A stretch of DNA of 20,000 nt from an uncultured virus (IMG/VR IMGVR_UViG_3300034103_001223). Lineage: Duplodnaviria; Heunggongvirae; Uroviricota; Caudoviricetes. The stretch lies in the IMG/VR virus record IMGVR_UViG_3300034103_001223. One strand, written 5' to 3'. Under the pieces are notes generated by a model. It did no database searches. It was given only the letters and a program-made list of their open reading frames with translations, and was not told the DNA's origin. Position numbers and translations under genes: made by a program. How positions within the stretch are numbered: the first letter of the stretch is position 1; every line of letters starts with the position of its first letter. Below, piece after piece: positions 16,410 to 20,000 of this stretch.

Positions 16410-17648
16410 TTACTCGTAGTAACCGCGTTCCAGTTCAAAGTCGTAGGCTGGTGGCGGGGCCATCCACTGTTCGCGGGCGATGTCCGCACGGCCACGCGCC
16501 ATAGCCACGTCACGAGCGCGGCTGTCAGCAAACGAAGAGCCTTGCGCACCAATCCGACCGCCGTAGCTCTCGTAGAGCATGGCGTTAAAGTTTGGGTCTT
16601 CCTGCGGGAAGTAGCCAGTGTCGTTCCGGTAGTCAATCTCAGCCTGACTGCGCCGAGAGGTTTCAGTCGGACGATTCCCGCCGCCGCCACCACCATCTCC
16701 GCCGCCACTGGGACGCTCATATCGCGCCTGCGGTGAAGGATACCCACCATAGTTCGGCGTCTGTGGCAGCCGGTAGGACGCCTGCGGGACACCCAGATTG
16801 GGAATCAATCGAGGGTCATCCGAGTAGGGCGTGTAGAAGCGATTGCTCGCCAGCAACGAACTGGCAGCGCCGAGGTTGCGGAGTTCATCGCTGCGGAGTG
16901 CGCTGGCAGCTTGCGCCGGAGTGAGCAGCGAGGAGAGGTATTGGTTCTCCGCAAGCCTCGCTCGCGGAGCCACTTGCTGCTCGAATTCAGCTCCGGTCAA
17001 AATGTTCTGCCTCCCAAGCGCCCCTAACTGCTGCTCGAATGGGATCACTGTCCGAAAGTAGGAATCCGCAAACGTGCGCTCCTGTTCACCACTGCGACCT
17101 GTCCCAAGTGGACCCATCCCGAGGGAGTAGCGCTCGTCAGCACCACGAAGAGCTTGCAGGTTGACCTCCCGTGCCTTGGCTAGTCCCGCCTCCTGCTGCT
17201 TAAGGTTCTCCGCCAGCGACTTCTCAAGGTTGGTCGCTGCCGTGTCGTAGGTCTTTAGCTCGGTGTCGAGCCGGTTCTTGGCGGAGCGTTCCCGACCAGT
17301 CATCTCGGCGAGATACTTCGAGAAAAGGCTCTGCGTCTGTTCGCCCGTCTGCTGCGCTCCCTTCAATGCGCTCTGGGCAGCGGTGTCAATGAGCGGGTCT
17401 TTCACGTTCATCAACACGTCGAACTTGGGGGGAGTGTCGCCCATTGGCGACTTGCCAGCGGTGCTGCCACCGGCGGTCGCGCCGGGGGTGAGTGGAGCGA
17501 TGACGTTCTTGAACTCCGTCTGGTTTTGCTTTCCGACACGGAACTGATACATGTCGTCCGTCTCACCCTCCAAGCGGGGCGCTTTCTTGTAGGTTGGTGA
17601 GAGGAGTGCGCCGGAGCGCATTGGGGTGGAGTATCCAAGTAGGGCCAT
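16410..17648 (-). CDS. Probable internal virion / DNA-transfer (pilot-like) protein (412 aa)
   Basis: Ala/Gln/Leu/Gly-rich, low-complexity helical protein. First of a small-medium-giant gene trio typical of ejection proteins. Confidence 0.65.
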   Translation of the reverse strand: MALLGYSTPMRSGALLSPTYKKAPRLEGETDDMYQFRVGKQNQTEFKNVIAPLTPGATAGGSTAGKSPMGDTPPKFDVLMNVKDPLIDTAAQSALKGAQQTGEQTQSLFSKYLAEMTGRERSAKNRLDTELKTYDTAATNLEKSLAENLKQQEAGLAKAREVNLQALRGADERYSLGMGPLGTGRSGEQERTFADSYFRTVIPFEQQLGALGRQNILTGAEFEQQVAPRARLAENQYLSSLLTPAQAASALRSDELRNLGAASSLLASNRFYTPYSDDPRLIPNLGVPQASYRLPQTPNYGGYPSPQARYERPSGGGDGGGGGGNRPTETSRRSQAEIDYRNDTGYFPQEDPNFNAMLYESYGGRIGAQGSSFADSRARDVAMARGRADIAREQWMAPPPAYDFELERGYYE

Positions 17649-17659
17649 AAGCGGTGTGG

Positions 17660-17974
17660 TTAAGCGGTTTTAAGGCGGCTTTCAAGGAGGAAGTCGTAGA
17701 GCGAGCCGCAGCTCGCAGGTTTGAGGCATTCAAACCGCATCGGAGGCATCTTGGCCCACGCAAGCTCACGACGCTTCCAGTTACGGTTCAGCCTTCCAGC
17801 GGGGAGCTTTCTGCCGCGATTCTTGCGTCCACTTCCAGAGCGACCTTTGGAGGGGGTGGTAATGCTCCAGCCTTGAGGCATTTCATAGACCTTCTGACTG
17901 CTGAAAGCGGACTCAATCTCCGCTTCCGTAAGCAGCACCGCATCGCAGTTTGAGATGGAGCCAACGTCTTGCAT
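17660..17974 (-). CDS. Hypothetical basic protein (104 aa)
   Basis: ATG lies 1 nt after the upstream stop and the ORF ends 11 nt before the next ATG, so it fills the operon gap exactly. Confidence 0.6.
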   Translation of the reverse strand: MQDVGSISNCDAVLLTEAEIESAFSSQKVYEMPQGWSITTPSKGRSGSGRKNRGRKLPAGRLNRNWKRRELAWAKMPPMRFECLKPASCGSLYDFLLESRLKTA

Positions 17975-17975
17975 A

Positions 17976-18182
17976 TTAGTTCGGGTTGCCGCCAGTCAGA
18001 CGGAAGACAAGTTCCTTCTCCCACACCTTCCAAGCCGCATCGTAAGCACCCGCTTCTTCAGGTGCAATCCGGGCAATCTTCGGGCAAAGCTTCACGAGCG
18101 ACGGCGTGGCCGGGACAAGCTCCTTCGCTTGCCATGCAGGACCAGCTTGGTAGCGTTCCAGAGTTTCTTGTTCCGAAGGCAC
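17976..18182 (-). CDS. Hypothetical protein (68 aa, MPSEQETLERY...)
   Basis: Start reassigned to GTG18182, 8 nt after TAGAAT. The longer predicted 5' end overlaps the promoter. Confidence 0.6.
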   Translation of the reverse strand: MPSEQETLERYQAGPAWQAKELVPATPSLVKLCPKIARIAPEEAGAYDAAWKVWEKELVFRLTGGNPN

Positions 18183-18190
18183 GCTGAGAG

Positions 18191-18253
18191 ATTCTACAAT
18201 GCCAGCACGAATGTCAAACAAAGGCTTGCCAAGAAACCCACAACGAATATCGT
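18191..18253. promoter_or_regulatory. Divergent sigma70-like promoters: minus TTGACA-15-TAGAAT; plus TTGCCA-16-TATCGT
   Basis: Minus: 18217-18212 and 18196-18191. Plus: 18226-18231 and 18248-18253. Located in the AT-rich gap where gene orientation switches. The 15-nt spacer is short. Confidence 0.55.
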
Positions 18254-18261
18254 TAAAGGCA

Positions 18262-18654
18262 ATGCGAACGTCCGTTTCACTGGTGGCTTTCCTCCGGGCC
18301 TTGTGGCTGGCGGCGAGACGTGATGCGGTTCAGAACGGCTGGCGCGTCTTGTTCTGGCACGGATGGAACATGCTCCGGGCGTCGGCTCGCTGGCTGCTCA
18401 AAGCCGATGCCCGTGCGGATGCGGACCTCGTGAAGTCCCGCCTGAAGCATGGCTGTGAGGGTTGCCCGGTGTTCTGTCACGAGCTGAATACCTGCGGCGA
18501 CGCCCGAATCGTAGCTGACGACGAGGCGCTTGGCTGCTTCTGCTACATGCCAATCAAAGCTCGCATCAAGGATTCTGTCTGCTGGTTGCATGAGCCGGAG
18601 CAGGAAGAGGCCAGGGCCATCTACGGAGGCTGGCCAAAGGAGTTTGCGCAGTGA
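18262..18654 (+). CDS. Cys-rich metal-binding protein (130 aa), DUF6171-like pattern
   Basis: RL...CEGCP...TC...GCFCYMPIKA...C...W pattern. Start reassigned to ATG18262, 8 nt after the putative -10. Confidence 0.65.
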   Translation: MRTSVSLVAFLRALWLAARRDAVQNGWRVLFWHGWNMLRASARWLLKADARADADLVKSRLKHGCEGCPVFCHELNTCGDARIVADDEALGCFCYMPIKARIKDSVCWLHEPEQEEARAIYGGWPKEFAQ

Positions 18655-19103
18655 GCGAAGCCCTTGAACTGGTGTTCCCAACCGACGGCCCCCCTCCAAC
18701 GGACGCCGAGGCGGAGGCGGCTTTGCGGGACATTGGAGCGGTCATCTCTCCGGGGGCAATCCGAACATTGCAATCCATTGGCGTGTGGGCCTCCAAGCTG
18801 AAGATGCCGCAGATCATGATCGCCAAGAACTTCACCAACCTCGAAGAGGTGAGCCGCGTGAAGGAGCTGGCATCGGTCTTTATGGAGATGGGTGGCGCAA
18901 AGCTGGAGAACGGCGAGGTGAATGACCCGGAGCTGGCGCAGCAGGGCTGCAAGATCATGACCGCCGCACTCACCGTCGAGGAGCGCCTGATGCGGCTTCA
19001 GTTGGAACTCCATCAAAAATCTCAGCCGGAAAAGGGCTTGGAGCCTCAGAAGCGAGTGCTCGCCCCCATCAATCCCATGCACGGAGCAGCAGTAACCCGA
19101 TAA
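18651..19103 (+). CDS. Hypothetical protein (150 aa)
   Basis: GTGA overlap with the upstream gene, coding-like GC3 bias and helical composition. Confidence 0.8.
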   Translation: MSEALELVFPTDGPPPTDAEAEAALRDIGAVISPGAIRTLQSIGVWASKLKMPQIMIAKNFTNLEEVSRVKELASVFMEMGGAKLENGEVNDPELAQQGCKIMTAALTVEERLMRLQLELHQKSQPEKGLEPQKRVLAPINPMHGAAVTR

Positions 19104-19107
19104 AAGT

Positions 19108-19539
19108 ATGCCACAAATCACGTCCTACATTGATTACGTCCCGAATCCGTGGCCGCCGACCACGCCGGGTTCTCCGTGCGACAACGCTGAAGCGACGCCG
19201 CAGAAGGTGTGTGGCGTGGTGACATCATCTCCCGGCACAACCACGCTTGAGCTTCAGTGGGGAGAGTTCACCCGCCAAAGCAGTGGCACGCCGAACGCCG
19301 CCACACCGCTGTCACCAACCCCGCTGCTCGTGCGGCAAGTCAGTATCAGCGCTGCCAGCGGGAACTCTGCAAGCGTTGATGTTGGGCCGACCTCCGCTGC
19401 GGATCTTATGTCCATCGGAGCAGGGTTGTCCGGCTACGAAATCCCCATGCCCGACGGAACTGTGTTCGACCTTGCTGACTGGTATCTCAAAAGCACCGCC
19501 GCAACCCAAACCTTGATCATCGCCTATCTCCCTGCTTAA
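19108..19539 (+). CDS. Hypothetical Thr/Ser/Pro-rich beta-sheet protein (143 aa), possibly virion accessory/decoration
   Basis: Tightly spaced in the operon, with alternating hydrophobic strands (VRQVSISA, SVDVG, YEIP, TLIIAYL). Function is inference. Confidence 0.7.
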   Translation: MPQITSYIDYVPNPWPPTTPGSPCDNAEATPQKVCGVVTSSPGTTTLELQWGEFTRQSSGTPNAATPLSPTPLLVRQVSISAASGNSASVDVGPTSAADLMSIGAGLSGYEIPMPDGTVFDLADWYLKSTAATQTLIIAYLPA

Positions 19540-19543
19540 CCAC

Positions 19544-20000
19544 ATGAAAAACCTCCTCACATTTCTCGCTGTAATCCTCTGCTCGGTGGGCGCTTTTGGG
19601 CAAGGTGCTCAATACAGGCCGACTCCATACGCAAACGGGTTCGTGCAGACGGTGACTTCCACTGGCACTGCTCAGACGTATCTCGGGATTGGCTCTTCCA
19701 CGAACAATGCGTTGCTGAACGGGACCAATGTTTTCACGGGGACGAATACGTTTAACACCAATTTGATTTTTGGAAGCTCAACGTTGCAGACGCAACTGGA
19801 CAGCAAGCCAACGGTGGCGTTGACGAATGTGGCGACGCAGAACGGGGCCAACAGTTTTACCGCCGCACAAACACACAGCAGCACCATCACGTTAAACGGC
19901 TCGGGTGGTGACTACATCATACTGAACGGCTCGGTTGGGGGGGTGCCCAAAATAACGATGTTTAACTCGGGGATTGGCAACATAGAGCTGACTGCGAACT
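19544..20000 (+). CDS. Tail-fibre-like protein with N-terminal Sec signal peptide; 3'-truncated by the window (absent from the ORF track)
   Basis: Manual translation is open to the window end: MKNLLTFLAVILCSVGAFG-QGAQYRPTPY...LNGTNVFTGTNTFN...QNGANSFTAAQTHS. N-x-F-T-(G/A)-x-(N/Q)-T repeats are typical of phage fibre shafts. Confidence 0.75.
   Translation, partial: MKNLLTFLAVILCSVGAFGQGAQYRPTPYANGFVQTVTSTGTAQTYLGIGSSTNNALLNGTNVFTGTNTFNTNLIFGSSTLQTQLDSKPTVALTNVATQNGANSFTAAQTHSSTITLNGSGGDYIILNGSVGGVPKITMFNSGIGNIELTAN

Noticed and set aside
15655..16419. 254-aa plus-strand ORF
   Set aside because: Antisense shadow of the 303-aa gene; Arg/Leu/Ser-rich with no motif.
16680..16712. GCC/CCA-rich low-complexity run
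   Set aside because: Encodes a poly-Gly linker (SGGGDGGGGGG) in the 412-aa protein.
18651..19103. Terminase small subunit call
   Set aside because: Size and helical content fit, but there is no recognisable motif and no large subunit adjacent; left as hypothetical.

Overview
This window is very likely part of a tailed-phage (podovirus-like) genome or prophage. It is GC-rich by eye, genes lack Shine-Dalgarno motifs, and several sigma70-like promoters appear to drive leaderless starts, which would fit a PVC-group (e.g. Verrucomicrobiota) host; that is inference only. The centre is a minus-strand operon of probable internal-virion/ejection proteins ending in a 4084-aa polyvalent protein. That protein carries two ADP-ribosyltransferase-like modules, a zincin-like module with a degenerate EExxH site, several other modules and an Arg-rich tail. 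Directly downstream are a ~400-nt, heavily base-paired non-coding region with its own promoter and a small Zn-finger/HTH operon. A 942-bp single-gene insertion sits between 35-bp direct repeats that duplicate the overlapping 3' ends of two convergent genes, so both genes survive. Plus-strand, probably structural genes lie at both ends, including a tail-fibre-like protein with a Sec signal peptide. No rRNA, tRNA, CRISPR array, integrase or transposase was seen. All domain calls come from motif recognition by eye, not database searches.
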